Position numbers and translations under genes: made by a program
Origin: Bdellovibrionota bacterium
Lineage (GTDB): Bacteria; Bdellovibrionota_C; UBA2361; CAKMMH01
Direction of reading: 5' to 3'
NCBI GenBank assembly: GCA_050952645.1
Contig: JBMNLI010000017.1
Span: forward strand, 192,001-256,000
DNA length: 64,000 bases
Notes under the pieces: generated by a model
The model's database searches: none
Told to the model about the DNA's origin: nothing
Seen by the model: only the letters and a program-made list of their open reading frames with translations
Part shown: piece after piece, positions 41,760 through 54,228 of the stretch
Position numbering within the stretch: the first letter of the stretch is position 1
How the letters are laid out: each line of letters begins with the position of its first letter

Positions 41760-42043
41760 AGCTCTTCACGTTTTAAGTGGGTTAAAGTCTATCTTCTAAT
41801 AAATTGACAAAACTATTTTGTTCTTCACTTTTAAAGGTGATTTAAGACCTTAAAATTAGTATCACTCACCTCACGAAGCCCAAAAGAAAATTGACTTTAA
41901 AGGAATTGGCATAAAATAAATTAACTTTAAATATAGCTGTAATTTTTTTTTTGAAACTATAGTTAGTTTTATATAAAAGTCAATTTTCTTTTAAGCTAAC
42001 CTAAAAAACAATTTTTCTAACCCACTTAAAACGTCAAAGAACC
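41760..42043. mobile_element. Composite MITE copy, first unit of a 292-bp tandem
   Basis: AGCTCTTCAC at 41760 recurs at 42052; units separated and flanked by TAAAAATT. Confidence 0.85.
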
Positions 42044-42169
42044 TAAAAATTAGCTCTTCACATTTTAAGTGGGTTAAAGTCTATCTTCTAATAAATTGAC
42101 AAAACTATTTTGTTCTTCACTTTTAAAGGTGATTTAAGACCTTAAAATTAGTATCACTCACCCCACGAA

Positions 42170-44066
42170 ATAGGGTAGAGCGAGGGCTATACCCTCTCCC
42201 TCCCGTCGCACCGTACGTACGGGTCTCGTATACGGCGCTCCATTAATATAATATCAAGTAATACTCAGGTAATACGTCAAAGGGTCGATTAAACCAATTC
42301 GTTCCTTTGTTTTACGCCCCAATATTTTAGGGCTTAATGCATAATTCACTACGTACCACGAACTGCGTCTATACCAGCCGAGTCTGCTGTTAGCAACCTT
42401 ATAGATTTCTTCATTTCTAAAATTGCAACCAAGCATTCGGTTCAATTTCTTAAGATTTAGATAGATTCGTCTCGGCAATTTCCACTGTTTAAGTATTATA
42501 ACCCTCACTTTGTGTCTAAGCCATTGACCATATTTATCTATAAAAGTCTTAAGAGTTCCTATCTTATAATAGTTTATCCAACCTTTAATTAACCAGCTTA
42601 GCTGTTGAAATGTCGAACCTAACGTTCGTGCCATTGCCTTCCGTCTACAAAGAATTTCTCTAGTTTTATCATAGAGTTTTCGTTTGCGATCTTCAGCAGG
42701 TTTACATTTCCAAGTTTTATACCCACTCTTCCAGTAGGTAAAGCCTAAGAAAGTGCTTTCCGTCGGCCTAGAGATTTTACTCTTACTTGAATTAATTTTA
42801 AGTCGTAGCTTACGCTCCAACCAACTCGCAACGGACTTCATTACTCTATTAGCAGCCTTTTCACTTCTAACAAATATATTACAGTCATCGGCATATCTAA
42901 CAAACTTAAGTCCTCTTGCTTCCAGTTCCTTGTCGAGTCTTATCAAGGTATATGTTAGATAATACTGGGGATAATGGACCTCCTTGCGGAACTCCTTTCT
43001 CACTTACAGTAAACAATCCATCTTCCATTATACCAGCTCTTAAGAACTGTCTTATCAATCGTAGTGTCTTCGCATCTTTGATGCGTTCCCTGATTATCGA
43101 AATTAATTTGTCGTGATTAACAGTATCAAAATATTTCTCTATGTCTAGGTCTATAACCCAATCATAGCCTCTTTTCAAGTACTCAAGAGTTCTATATACT
43201 GCTAGATGGCAATTCCTTCTAGGTCTAAAGCCATAGCTACTATTACTAAAATACTTTTCGTATCCGCGTGCTAGTATTTGCGCTACCGCTTGTTGAATTA
43301 CCCTATCTACTACTGTAGGTATTCCTAAAGGTCTCATCTTACCATTAGCTTTAGGTATATACACTCTCTTAACTGGACTCGGCTTATAATTCCCTTCACG
43401 TATCTGAGATTTTATCTCTTCTCTGTGAACGGCAAAATAGTCTTCAAGCTCATCTACTGGCATATCATCTACACCAGATGCACCTTTATTTCGCTTAAAC
43501 AGCCTTTATAGCCTCATCTATATTTTTGTCTGATATAATTAGTTCAATCAATTCCACCTGTTGCTCCTCCCTCTGTTTGTAAAGCTACTAGAAAACACCC
43601 CCTCTATCTTCTGCCCCCACAGGTTACGTTCCTGTTTGTTAGGCATATCCTTCAATTTCGGACTCTTCTAGCCTTGCTTACAGTGATTCACAATATATTA
43701 ACGTTCAACCCTTCCTTGAGTGGTGTCTCAAGTACTATGGTATCAACTGACTTCCAGATATAAGCTTTATATCGCACGTGCATAGCACGCTATCTGGACC
43801 TCCCGGGGTAAGGCATAGTTCTTTCACCAGACAACCTCCAGATTTACTCGTTTGGTTTTACGTTTGTCTTTAGGGCTTCGGTTTGTAGCGCAACCTCACC
43901 CACCATTTAGCCTTGTATCTGGTTTCTGTTCGTAGGCTCCTTGGTTTTGATCCGCCACTTCCTTCACTCTAACATTACTGCTTCGAGCTTGTGGCATCAC
44001 TACACTTGGTGACAACTACCCGTGACGGGACTTTCACCCGCTAGAACTATGTCGTGCCCGGCACAC
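42170..44066 (-). mobile_element. Group II intron, class C (IIC), 1897 nt
   Basis: 5' GTGTG; domain V GAGCGCCGTATACGAGACCCGTACGTACGGTG with CGC triad; 3' end CTACCCTAT; boundaries fixed by the intact neighbouring repeat (GGGC|TTCGTG). Confidence 0.95.
42254..43557 (-). CDS. ltrA: Intron-encoded reverse transcriptase/maturase, no endonuclease domain; two apparent +1 frameshifts (about 43498 and 42937)
   Basis: GGAGG RBS and GTG at 43557; NKGASGVD, RPLGIP, SYGFRP, PQGGPLSP, RYADD, FLGF, GWINYY. Confidence 0.92.
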
Positions 44067-44239
44067 GCCCAAAAGAAAATTGACTTTAAAGGAATTTGCA
44101 TAAAATAAATTAACTTTAAATATAGCTGTAATTTTTTTTTTGAAACTATAGTTAGTTTTATATAAAAGTCAATTTTCTTTTAAGCTAACCTAAAAAAACA
44201 ATTTTCTAACCCACTTAAAACGTCAAAGAACCTAAAAAT

Positions 44240-44959
44240 TTAAATATTATATCTACAAGATATAAAATATCTTAACTCTTTATTACTAATATTTTTTATG
44301 TTTTCTTTTTTATCATCATAAATAAGCACACCATCATTTAAAGCTAATAGATGACTAACAACTGGAAAAAGTCGCCTTAAATCGTGGCTTACTATAATCA
44401 TCGTTAAGTTATATTCTTTTTGTAAATTAGATATTAACTCCATAATTACTGCGCTAGCTACTGGGTCTAGCCCACTAGTAGGGTCATCTAACAAAACTAC
44501 GCTTGGGGTAGACACTAGCGCTCTTGCTAGAGATACTCTTTTTCGCATACCACCGCTAAGCTGTCCTGGCATTTTTAAATAACTATCTTTAAGCCCTACC
44601 TTATCTAGTATATCAAATATTTTGTAAGTATAATTTTTTCTTTTTTCATCACTTAAAAGCGATAAAGAGTTTCCTCTAGTAAGTGGAAAAAGAACATTAT
44701 CAAAAACGTTCATCGAATCGAAAAGTGCTCCTTCTTGAAACATAAGTGAAACGTCGCTTTTATTTTTTATACCAAGGTCGAAAGTGCCACTATCTTGCTC
44801 ATATATTCCTGCAAGAACTTTTAGCAAAACGCTCTTTCCAGAAGCGGTAGGGCCTATTAACCCTGTAATTGTGCTAGCTTTTAAACTAAATGAAACATCT
44901 TTTAGGGCTTCAACATTGCTAAATGATTTCGTTATATTATTAACTTCTATATTTTTCAT
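44240..44959 (-). CDS. ABC transporter ATPase (MlaF/Mkl-like)
   Basis: GPTASGKS, FQEGALFDSMNV, LSGGMRKRV, DDPTSGLDP. Confidence 0.9.
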   Translation of the reverse strand: MKNIEVNNITKSFSNVEALKDVSFSLKASTITGLIGPTASGKSVLLKVLAGIYEQDSGTFDLGIKNKSDVSLMFQEGALFDSMNVFDNVLFPLTRGNSLSLLSDEKRKNYTYKIFDILDKVGLKDSYLKMPGQLSGGMRKRVSLARALVSTPSVVLLDDPTSGLDPVASAVIMELISNLQKEYNLTMIIVSHDLRRLFPVVSHLLALNDGVLIYDDKKENIKNISNKELRYFISCRYNI

Positions 44960-45063
44960 ATATATATTTTTTTTTATAATTATTCTTGCTAACTATTCAC
45001 GCTAATAATTCACGCTAATAATTTTTCGTAAAGAGAAAGTAATAACATTTTTAAAAAGTTTCT

Positions 45064-46296
45064 TTATAAAAATTCCTGTATTTTGCTATCTAGCTCTTCT
45101 ATTGAAAATGGTTTTGCTAAAAATGCCTTTGCTCCATATTCTAACATTTTATTTACTGCATCTTGTGAACTAAATCCACTTATTACTATAAACTTTACAT
45201 CGGGTCTTATGGACATTAGGTCGATAAAGAGATCTTCCCCAGAACCATCAGGCATTAACATATCTGATACTACAAGGTCGAACTGCCCTCTTTGTTTTTT
45301 AAATATATCGTATGCTTCTTTAACACCACTAGCTACATATACATCATACCCTAAAAACTTCAATCCATCAAAAAAAACCTCTCTAATTATCTCTTCATCA
45401 TCAACAAAAAGTATTTTTCCGCTTTTTTGTTTTTTCTTTTCATTATTTTGTTTCTGATTATCTTGTTTTTCAAAATTTTCATCTTTTGCTAATGGGAGTG
45501 TTATTCTAAACGAACTTCCTTTACCCTCTTTCGATGCACATTCTAATTTTCCATTAAGACTTTTTACTATTTCAAAAGTAGTGCATAAGCCTACGCCAGT
45601 TCCGTTATCTCCTTTAGTAGTAAAATAAGGCTTTAAAATATTTTCTTTTATCTTATTTGACATACCTATACCATTGTCGGTAACTGAAAATTTACAAAAT
45701 TTATCATCTATCTTTTCTAGCACGATTTGTATTTTAAGATTTTCTTTATTTTGGCATTCTTTTAAAGCGTCTACTGCGTTAACTACTAAATTTATAAGAA
45801 TTTGTGCCATGGATGCTTCAATAGCTTTTATATAAATATCATTTTCTAATTTAGTTTCAATTTCATAGATAGGAGGCACCGAGGCTCTTAATAGAAAGAT
45901 GGTATCTTTGAAAACATTCGTTAAATTTAAAACTTTTAGTTCATCATTTAATTTTAGCTTAGAAAAATTTAAAATTTGTTTTGTAAGCCCTGAAGCTTTT
46001 AAAATAGCATTTTCGATAGAAGAAATAGAATCTAATAGCTCACGGGCTTCGTCTAAGTTTTTCTTAGAGTTTTTTTCTTGGTTTTCTTCTTGGTTTTTTT
46101 CTCGGGTTTTTTCTCGGGTTTTTTCGGATTTTTTTTCTAGAGATCTTTTTATAAAAGATATATGCCCCATCATTCCAGTTAAAATATTATTAAAATCATG
46201 AGCAACCCCACTAGCTAAAACGCCTAAACTTAAAAGCCTTTGATTGTGCAGTTTTTCATTCGTTTTAAGTTTATTATCATTATTTTTTTCATTCAT
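45064..46296 (-). CDS. Hybrid histidine kinase (HisKA-HATPase-REC), no obvious sensor domain
   Basis: GVAHDFNNIL, NLVVNA, DNGIGM, FTTK, GTGVGL, C-terminal REC. Confidence 0.92.
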   Translation of the reverse strand: MNEKNNDNKLKTNEKLHNQRLLSLGVLASGVAHDFNNILTGMMGHISFIKRSLEKKSEKTREKTREKNQEENQEKNSKKNLDEARELLDSISSIENAILKASGLTKQILNFSKLKLNDELKVLNLTNVFKDTIFLLRASVPPIYEIETKLENDIYIKAIEASMAQILINLVVNAVDALKECQNKENLKIQIVLEKIDDKFCKFSVTDNGIGMSNKIKENILKPYFTTKGDNGTGVGLCTTFEIVKSLNGKLECASKEGKGSSFRITLPLAKDENFEKQDNQKQNNEKKKQKSGKILFVDDEEIIREVFFDGLKFLGYDVYVASGVKEAYDIFKKQRGQFDLVVSDMLMPDGSGEDLFIDLMSIRPDVKFIVISGFSSQDAVNKMLEYGAKAFLAKPFSIEELDSKIQEFL

Positions 46297-46698
46297 TATA
46301 AATATTACCTAAAAGATTGTTTAATGCCTCTTTGTAATCCGCTATAACTATTTGATATTATTAGACAATTTATCTTTTTAAAAAAATTATCTTTTAAAAT
46401 CAAGCATTTTCGGTATAAAATGCTATTTGAGTATTTTTGAAAGCATTTTTTAAGAGAATTAAAAAATTTAATTATTTACTCTAACTTATTTGATCTAATC
46501 ATTAAAATAATTTTAATAATAATTTAATGATAATTCAAGGTAAGAACGATGCTTTTAAAATCACTAAAGTTTAGTATATTAAATTTTATCAAATCTTAAA
46601 ATAGGAATTATAAGTCTTTAGGAGGTTTTTTGTTGACTTAAAGTTTTTTTAGGGGATGCCCTAAGGATTTCTATTTTAAATATTATGGAGTAAATTAA

Positions 46699-47001
46699 AT
46701 GGCTGATTTACAAAAGGGCATTGTAAAGTGGTTTAATGATGCTAAAGGATTTGGTTTTATACAAAGTGAGGCTGGAGAAGATGTTTTTGTTCATTATTCA
46801 GCAATAACGTCTGATGGGTTTAAAACGCTAAAAGACGGCGAAGAAGTTACTTACGAAATTGAAAAAGGCGAAAAAGGACTTCACGCTTTATGTGTAAACA
46901 GGACTAAAAAAATCGCTAAAGACAAGCTTAAAGCACCTAAAGAAAACGCTCCTAAAGAAGATGCCTTAGCCAAAACATCAAAAGAGGAGAATTTAAATTA
47001 A
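46699..47001 (+). CDS. Cold-shock domain protein
   Basis: [24 protein letters not shown]. Confidence 0.95.
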   Translation: MADLQKGIVKWFNDAKGFGFIQSEAGEDVFVHYSAITSDGFKTLKDGEEVTYEIEKGEKGLHALCVNRTKKIAKDKLKAPKENAPKEDALAKTSKEENLN

Positions 47002-47084
47002 AGTCGATTTTCTAGTTCTTCACGTTTAAAGGGGATTAGAAAAATTGTTTTTTTAAGGCTAGTTTAAAATCTCTTAAAAAAAAT

Positions 47085-47350
47085 GGCTCTTCACGTTTTG
47101 AGTAGGTTAGAGTCTATCTTCTAATGTAAATTGACAAAATTATTTTATGAAACTGTTGTTGTTTTATTAAAATAATAGTTAATTTTATTGGGAAAAATAA
47201 ACATTAGAGTTGTTAGAAAAAGTTATCCATAACTGATAGCAAGACCTAGTAATTAAAAGCTAAAGGTCAGGCTGTGGATAACTTTCACAAAGACCCCATT
47301 AAATAGAATGGCGTTTTGTCTCTCTTAACCCACCTAAAACATGAAGAACC
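47085..47350. mobile_element. MITE subfamily B copy, preceded by a partial end at about 47014-47070
   Basis: GGCTCTTCACGTTTT...CCCACCTAAAACATGAAGAACC; near-identical to 18605-18880. Confidence 0.85.
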
Positions 47351-47583
47351 TCTTTTTATATAATTTTTCTTATTAAAAAGCATCCTTAATTTCCTTATAT
47401 AAGCCACTTAAAATAATTTAACACTTTCAACACGTTATCATAAAAATAGGCACTTTTCAAGTATTGTATTAGGCAGTTTTCAGGCTTTTCGTTAGGCACT
47501 TTTCAGGCGATTTGCTATGCAATTTTCAAGGCTATGCAATTTTCAAAAGGGGGGGAAACTAAAACTCATACGTGCCTAGGCTT

Positions 47584-48615
47584 TTAGAAGCATTTGCCTG
47601 CTAACTGTCCGCAAGCGGCTGCTATATCTTTTCCTTTTGAATAGCGAATAGTAGTCGTTATTTTAGAATTTAATAGATTATTTGCAAACTCGAAAACTAC
47701 TTTTTCATTTGGGGTTTTAAAAATATTTTCATCACACTCATTATAAGGGACTAAATTTACTTTAGCTTTTAGGGACGACACTATCTTTCTTAATCTTCCT
47801 AAATCTTCTCTAGTATCGTTTACTCCTTTTAGCATCACGTATTCTATCGTAATTTTTCTTTTACCTTTAAGTTTAACTTCTTTTAGTGCTTCGATTAACA
47901 TCTCTAATGGATATTTTTTATTTATTGGCATTAAAAAATCACGAAGCTCATTCGTTGTAGCATTTAGAGAAACTGCTAAGCTTGCTTTTATCTCCTGCTC
48001 AAAAAAATCTTTTATCCTTGGGACTATTCCACAAGTAGAAACTGTAATTTTTCTTGCACTAAAGGCATATCCGTATTCATCGTTTAAAATATCTATTGCC
48101 TTTACTACATTATCATAATTTAAAAATGGCTCTCCCATTCCCATAAAAACGATATTAGTAAAATCTTGCAAATGAGCGTTTGCATCGTAAAGCAAGAACC
48201 TAACTTGTCCTATAATTTCCGATACTTCTAAATTTCTTTTAAATCCTAATTTAGCGGTTTGACAAAATGCGCAATTCATAGCACAACCTACTTGTGAAGA
48301 AATGCAAATAGTATTTCTTTTATCTTGTTTTATAAATACAGATTCTATATATGAGCCATCACTCAATTTGAAAGAATATTTTCTTGAGCCATCTTTAGAG
48401 TTTAATTTTTTTTCTAGTGTTAATTCTGGAAAAGAAAAAGTAACCTTAAAAATTTCTCTAGTATCTCTTTTAATATCGGTCATTAAAGAAAAGTCGGTTA
48501 TCCCTCTAGCGTATACCCATTTAAAAAGCTGGTCTGCTCTAAACTTTGGAAGTTCAAATGTAGCACTTAAGTAAGAAGCTAAGTCTTGTCTAGTAAAATT
48601 AAAAAAATTTATCAT
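47584..48615 (-). CDS. rlmN: 23S rRNA/tRNA m2A methyltransferase (radical SAM)
   Basis: CISSQVGCAMNCAFC, FMGMGEP, IAAACGQL. Confidence 0.96.
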   Translation of the reverse strand: MINFFNFTRQDLASYLSATFELPKFRADQLFKWVYARGITDFSLMTDIKRDTREIFKVTFSFPELTLEKKLNSKDGSRKYSFKLSDGSYIESVFIKQDKRNTICISSQVGCAMNCAFCQTAKLGFKRNLEVSEIIGQVRFLLYDANAHLQDFTNIVFMGMGEPFLNYDNVVKAIDILNDEYGYAFSARKITVSTCGIVPRIKDFFEQEIKASLAVSLNATTNELRDFLMPINKKYPLEMLIEALKEVKLKGKRKITIEYVMLKGVNDTREDLGRLRKIVSSLKAKVNLVPYNECDENIFKTPNEKVVFEFANNLLNSKITTTIRYSKGKDIAAACGQLAGKCF

Positions 48616-48858
48616 ATAATTTATAAAGTTTTCTTAAAAGAATTTTTTAGGGGGTAGCTTTACGAGTATCTAAATACGCACTTTGTATAAGTTAATTATC
48701 TTATTTTTTAAGCTCTTTTGCACGTTTATTAAGTTTTAAGCACTAAAAACTAGCCTTATTTCTCCTTTAAAGAGAAATCTTTTAAAAGAAAATAATTTTT
48801 AAGAGCCTCTTTAAAAACGTGCGAAAGAGTAAAAAAACGCAAAAAGATTAAATTAAAC

Positions 48859-49269
48859 TTATAATTCTGGAAAGAAAAACTCGACTTCCGTTTTAGCATT
48901 TTCTATACAATCAGAGCCGTGCACAGAGTTTCTATCGATACTTTCTGCGAAGTCTGCTCTAATAGTTCCTTTTTCCGCTTTTGCTGGGTCTGTTGCTCCC
49001 ATAAGAGTTCTATTTTTAAGAACTGCGCCCTCTCCTTCGAGAACTGAAACTACCACTGGGCCACTTATCATAAATTCTACTAACTCATTATAAAAAGGCC
49101 TATCTTTATGAACTTCATAAAATTTTTGTGCTTGTTCTTTAGTTAAAGTTAGCATTTTTATTGCTATTATTTTTAAGCCGTTATTTTCAAAACGACTCAA
49201 AATATTACCTATAACACTTTTCTCCACTGCATCAGGTTTTATTATCGATAAAGTTCTTTCTATAGTCAT
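48859..49269 (-). CDS. ndk: Nucleoside diphosphate kinase
   Basis: [24 protein letters not shown]. Confidence 0.97.
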   Translation of the reverse strand: MTIERTLSIIKPDAVEKSVIGNILSRFENNGLKIIAIKMLTLTKEQAQKFYEVHKDRPFYNELVEFMISGPVVVSVLEGEGAVLKNRTLMGATDPAKAEKGTIRADFAESIDRNSVHGSDCIENAKTEVEFFFPEL

Positions 49270-49456
49270 AAATATTATCTCCTTTTAATTAAATACAAAT
49301 TTATATTTTTATTACACTCTTAATTTATACACTCTTAACTTAGCAATTAATTTATACGCATTTTTACTTATACGCATTTTAATTTATTTTATATTTTTAT
49401 TACCTTTTTTTGTTATATGCTTTTATTTTAAGAAAAGTTTTGCTTGTATACAGAAA

Positions 49457-49705
49457 TTATGCTTCAGCTTGTTCTACTGCCTTTGGCGCTTCTTTTAATC
49501 TTTTTATTATACGTCCTTTAGTTAAATCGTAAGGCGATATTTCGACTACTACTCTATCTCCTGGAAGTACTCTAATATAGAAACGTCTCATTTTACCTGC
49601 AAGGTATGCAAGGAGTTCATGTCCGTTATCGCATTCAACTCTAAAAGTGGTATTAGGGAAACATTCCTTTACCACGCCATTTAATTCTATTGTATCTTTT
49701 GCCAT
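49457..49705 (-). CDS. infA: Translation initiation factor IF-1
   Basis: [26 protein letters not shown]. Confidence 0.97.
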   Translation of the reverse strand: MAKDTIELNGVVKECFPNTTFRVECDNGHELLAYLAGKMRRFYIRVLPGDRVVVEISPYDLTKGRIIKRLKEAPKAVEQAEA

Positions 49706-50063
49706 ATATAAACTTTTTATTTTAAAATTGTTAATAAAGTTCTTTTTTAAAAGTAAACATTATTTAGGTTATTACATACTACTACACTTCTATGCTTTTT
49801 TAGTATACTTTTTATAGTATACATTTATAGCTATACTTTTATAGCTTAAAGGATGCTTTCATATTTTATGAAAAGAACTTAAGTAAAATTTAGCCTGTTT
49901 AAAAAAGATAAAAATTTTTTCTCTTTTAAAAAATCTTTTGGCTTTCTTTAAATAAACTTTTTATATGATAACATTTTTTAAGCAAAAACTGCAAAAGCTA
50001 GAATTAAAAAAGTAGCGAAAACTCCCTTACTTTCAATTTTTGATTTTACAAATTAGTTATTTA

Positions 50064-51489
50064 TCAATTAAGTTTACTAAAAACATCTTTGTGTTCTCTA
50101 AGAAAATTTATTGCCGCCGATTTAGCATCTAAGTCTTCATTTTGGTTTTTAGCTATTTGAAGCCATTTTAAAGCTTCTTTTTTATCTGTCGCTACGCCTT
50201 CTCCATTAAAATACATCATGCCGACATAAGCGGCACCTCTAGGATTCCCTTGATCTGCAGCTTTTTTAGCCCATTTAAATGCTTCTTTAAAATCTTTAGA
50301 AACTCCTTTCTCAATTATATACATATTAGTTAAAAAAAAGCTGGGCAAGTACGCTTCCACGCTCCGCACCTTTTTTATACCATTTTACAGCTTCTTGATA
50401 ATCTTGAGGAACTCCTTGACCAAGTTCATAGACAATGCCTAGGTTAGTCAATGCGTTAGCATTTTCTTTCTTAGCAGCTTTTCTATACCATTTTATCGCT
50501 TCTTTATAATCTTTTAGAACGCCTGCTCCTAACCTGTACATGCTTCCTAAATTATCTTGAGCTATAGCATCTCCTTGCTCTGCGGCTTTTTTATACCACT
50601 TAAATGCCTCTTTATTATCTTTAGGAATGCCCTCACCATTTAAATACAAAGAACCTAAATCATTTTGAGCAATAGCAAGGCCTTGCTTGGCAGCTTTTTT
50701 ATACCATTTAACAACCTCTGTATAATCCTTTGAAACACCTTGCCCATTTAAATACATCAACCCTAAATTATACTGAGCTATGGCGATTCCTTTCTCTGCG
50801 GCTTTGATATGCCATTTTGCCGCCTCTTTATAATCTTGAGAAACTCCTTGTCCTAAAAAATACATATTAGCTAAATTAAATTGAACATTCACATCGCCTT
50901 TTTCAGCAAGAGTTATGCAAGAGTTTAATTCTTCGGAGTTAAGTTTTATATCATCTACGTTAAAGTCCTTTTTATTAAACTCGATTTTCTTTTCTGTTAA
51001 AGGGCAAGCTATTTTTTTTCCGCCGCAAGAGTAGAATAGTATTAGGAGTAATACGATTGTGATTGCAGATATTTTTATAATTTTTTTATTTTTGCATTCG
51101 TTATTTTCTTTATTTATATTTTCTTTATTTATTTTTTCTTTATTTACATCGCTTTTATTTACATCTTTTTTATTATCGATAAATTTATTATCATTAAATT
51201 TATTATCGTTATTTTTATTACTTATTAAATTGCTAGTTTCTCTATCGTTTATTTCATTTTTAAAAACCTCACTAGCTTTTTTCCATAAAAAAGTTTCTAA
51301 GTTATCATCTTCTAAGCTGTTATCTAAAGTGCTACTAGCTAAAGTGCTATCATCTAAAGCACTACTATTTGAAATTAACGTATCTTTACTTATTCTACCT
51401 TTTTTAATTTTTTCTAAAATTTGAGATTTTGAAAAACCTCCTACTGGTTTTCCATCGATAAGCATATAGTAAATATTATTATTTTTCAT
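50064..51489 (-). CDS. Sel1-repeat protein with a GYF_2-like N-terminus and one TM; frameshift in the A-run near 50335
   Basis: Repeated AQxNLGxMYxxGxGVxxDYxEAxKWYxKAAExG units continue across both ORF-track pieces. Confidence 0.85.
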
Positions 51490-51554
51490 AACCTTCTTTT
51501 CCTAAAAAAGAAACACTAAATTTAATATAAAGAACTACTAGAAGTAGTATAACG

Positions 51555-52904
51555 CTACTCTTTAAAATACTTGTCTAAAAACATTCTTCCTAATTGCGAT
51601 GCGGTTTTCATAAACTTTCCATTATGAACTATTACTATAGCTACCGCAATTTGTGGGTCATTTGATGGAGCACTCGCTATAAACCAATTCGTAAGCCCTT
51701 TAGGATTATCTCCATTTAACGTGCCAGTTTTTGCCGATACTGGTATTTCAAAATTTCTAAAATATTTTTTAGAAGTCCCCGAAGTAGTCGTCTTTGCCAT
51801 CATTTTTAAAAGCTCATCGGCCGTGCCCTTATTCATAACTTCTTGCAGAACTTGCGGTTTGCTTTTATAGAGAATCTCCCCCGTTGGCGCTACGACTCTA
51901 CTTATCATATAAGGCTTTGGAATCACCCCCTTGTTAGCGACACCTGCCATAATCATCGCAGCATGAAGCGGACTTATGCGAACATCTCCAAACCCTGCAC
52001 CAGTTCGACTAAGCTCATAATCTCCCTCAGGAATATTAGCTTCACTACTAGGCTGTATCATATCAAACGGAAGCTCCTCATTAAAACCAAACCTATTTGC
52101 ATAATTCATCAAAGTCGCTTGATTTAAATATTTTAACGCCACTCTACCAAAAACAGGATTACAAGATTTTCCTAAAGCATCTGAAAGAGACATATGCCTT
52201 TTATCTAACTTACCACTAGGGGCATAATTATACTTATTTAATATATAATCGCTTCCCCTATACGCTATGCGAGAATCTGCACGCAGAACTCCAGCCTCTA
52301 AAGCTGCCGTAGCAGTAACTATCTTAAATAACGAAGCCGCAGGAAGCCCAGCATACAATTCAAAATTAGGAATATCTGAAAGCCCATCCATTGCTACAAC
52401 TCTTCCCGTCTTAGGTTCTAAAGCTACTAGTGCTACGTGTGGCACCTCTGCTTGTTCTAAAATACTCGTAGTGTAACTTTGAAGTTCTGGGTCTAACGAA
52501 AAAAACACTATATTTCCAGCACGTGAAACCGCCTTTAAAGATTTCTCCGTCTTATACAATTCTTCATCAAACGACGGAATCTTAGTTAACAAAAATGAAT
52601 TGTCTTTTAAATTTACTAAAAGCTTAACTGGAGGAAATTTCTCTAAGCTACCTAACGCCTTAATATTCATTCTAGGTTTAGGAGCTTCTTTTTTAATATT
52701 AGTTTGAACTATTAGTTTTTTTACACTATTAGATGGATTGTGAAATCCAAAATAGTAAATGGCTATAAAAGCAGGTACGAAAAAACAAGATATAAAAGCT
52801 AAATACGAAAAAATTTTTTGCTTCTTTAATTTATACCTCTTGCGTTTCTTAACAACCTGCCCCTGAAGACAACTTGGTTTATCACTTTTAAAAAAATTCA
52901 TCAT
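51555..52904 (-). CDS. Penicillin-binding protein, transpeptidase domain
   Basis: SxxK (ASLFK), SxN (KSCN), KTG motifs; one TM; the ORF-track GTG start lies inside a MITE end. Confidence 0.9.
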   Translation of the reverse strand: MMNFFKSDKPSCLQGQVVKKRKRYKLKKQKIFSYLAFISCFFVPAFIAIYYFGFHNPSNSVKKLIVQTNIKKEAPKPRMNIKALGSLEKFPPVKLLVNLKDNSFLLTKIPSFDEELYKTEKSLKAVSRAGNIVFFSLDPELQSYTTSILEQAEVPHVALVALEPKTGRVVAMDGLSDIPNFELYAGLPAASLFKIVTATAALEAGVLRADSRIAYRGSDYILNKYNYAPSGKLDKRHMSLSDALGKSCNPVFGRVALKYLNQATLMNYANRFGFNEELPFDMIQPSSEANIPEGDYELSRTGAGFGDVRISPLHAAMIMAGVANKGVIPKPYMISRVVAPTGEILYKSKPQVLQEVMNKGTADELLKMMAKTTTSGTSKKYFRNFEIPVSAKTGTLNGDNPKGLTNWFIASAPSNDPQIAVAIVIVHNGKFMKTASQLGRMFLDKYFKE

Positions 52905-53046
52905 AATTACAATAAAAAGGTAAATAAAAAAATTCTTCACGTTTTAAGGTGTTTTTAAAACCTCAAAATTAGCATCACCCTTAAAGCTCTTAAAGCACTG
53001 GCTTTAACTCTTAAAATTATCATCAATTATTTATCATCAATATTTA

Positions 53047-53271
53047 GGCTCTTCACGTTTTATGTGGGTTAAAAACCTTTAAAATTAGTATCACTCACCT
53101 CGACGAAGCCCAAAAGAAAATTGACTTTAAAGAAATTTGCATAAAATAAATTACTTTAAATATAGTTGTAATTTTTCTTTAAACTATAGATAGTTTTCTA
53201 TAAAAGCCAATTTTCTTTTAAGCTAACCCCCAATAACAATTTTTTCTAACCCACCTAAAACGTGAAGAACC
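53047..53271. mobile_element. MITE subfamily A, complete 225-bp copy
   Basis: TIRs GGCTCTTCACGTTTTATGTGGGTTA/TAACCCACCTAAAACGTGAAGAACC; flanks AATATTTA/ATTATTTA. Confidence 0.88.
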
Positions 53272-53302
53272 ATTATTTATCATCAATCGCTTATCATCTA
53301 TT

Positions 53303-54129
53303 TTACGCTATTTCTCTAATTCTTAAAAGCCTATCTATTAAGCTTGGAAATTCCTTAAGTGGCACCATATTAGGCCCATCACTTTTAGCTTTTTCTGGCT
53401 CTGGGTGAGTCTCAAAAAACAGCCCATCGCAACCTATCGCCATTGCACATCTTGCTAGAGGCTCTACTAAGCTTCTATCCCCACCTGAAGCATTTCCTAG
53501 GGCGCTCGGTTCTTGCACGCTATGCGTCGCATCGAAAATTACTGGTGCTCCAAAAGATTGCATCTTAACTACTCCCTTAAAATCGTTTACTAAGCGTCCA
53601 TAACCAAAAAAAGTTCCTCTCTCACAAATCATCACATTTTTATTCCCCGTACTATTAACCTTTTTTATAACATTTATCATATCCGTAGGTTGCATAAATT
53701 GCCCTTTCTTAATGTTTAAAGGCTTATTAGTTTTTCCTGCAGCTAAAAGCAGATCCGTTTGTCTAGCTAAAATGCTGGAATCTGAAGCACATCACAAACA
53801 TTGGCCACAATTTGAGCTTGATAGCTTTCATGAATATCTGTAATTACGGGAAGCCCCGTTTCTTTTTTAACCTTTAATAGAGCGTTTAACCCCTCTTCGA
53901 TACCTATACCACGAAAAGAATCTATGCTAGTTCTATTAGCCTTATCGAACGAGGCTTTAAATATAACATTTATATTACGAGTTTCTTTTAAATTACTTAA
54001 AACATCGGCAATTTTTAGCAAGATTTCTTCGCTCTCTATAACGCAAGGACCCGCAATCAATAATAAAGGCATGCCCTTTCCAACTTTAAAATTTGCTATA
54101 TTAACTATATTATTAGTATTTAATTCCAT
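53303..54129 (-). CDS. kdsA: KDO8P synthase (single frameshift near 53770)
   Basis: [24 protein letters not shown] / [25 protein letters not shown]. Confidence 0.95.
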
Positions 54130-54228
54130 TTTTTCACATCCTTTTAAAAATATTATCATCAATATAATATATAAAGGGTAAAATAAATAGTGAAAGTTAT
54201 TTATAATTTTTTTTAAAGGAGACTTAAA

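Larger units (their letters stand above)
42052..44232. mobile_element. Second MITE unit, interrupted by the group II intron
   Basis: 42052-42169 joined to 44067-44232 rebuilds a near-identical copy of 41760-42043. Confidence 0.88.

Noticed and set aside
42254..43557. Retron, DGR or defence-associated reverse transcriptase
   Set aside because: Embedded in a complete IIC intron with domain V/VI and precise boundaries
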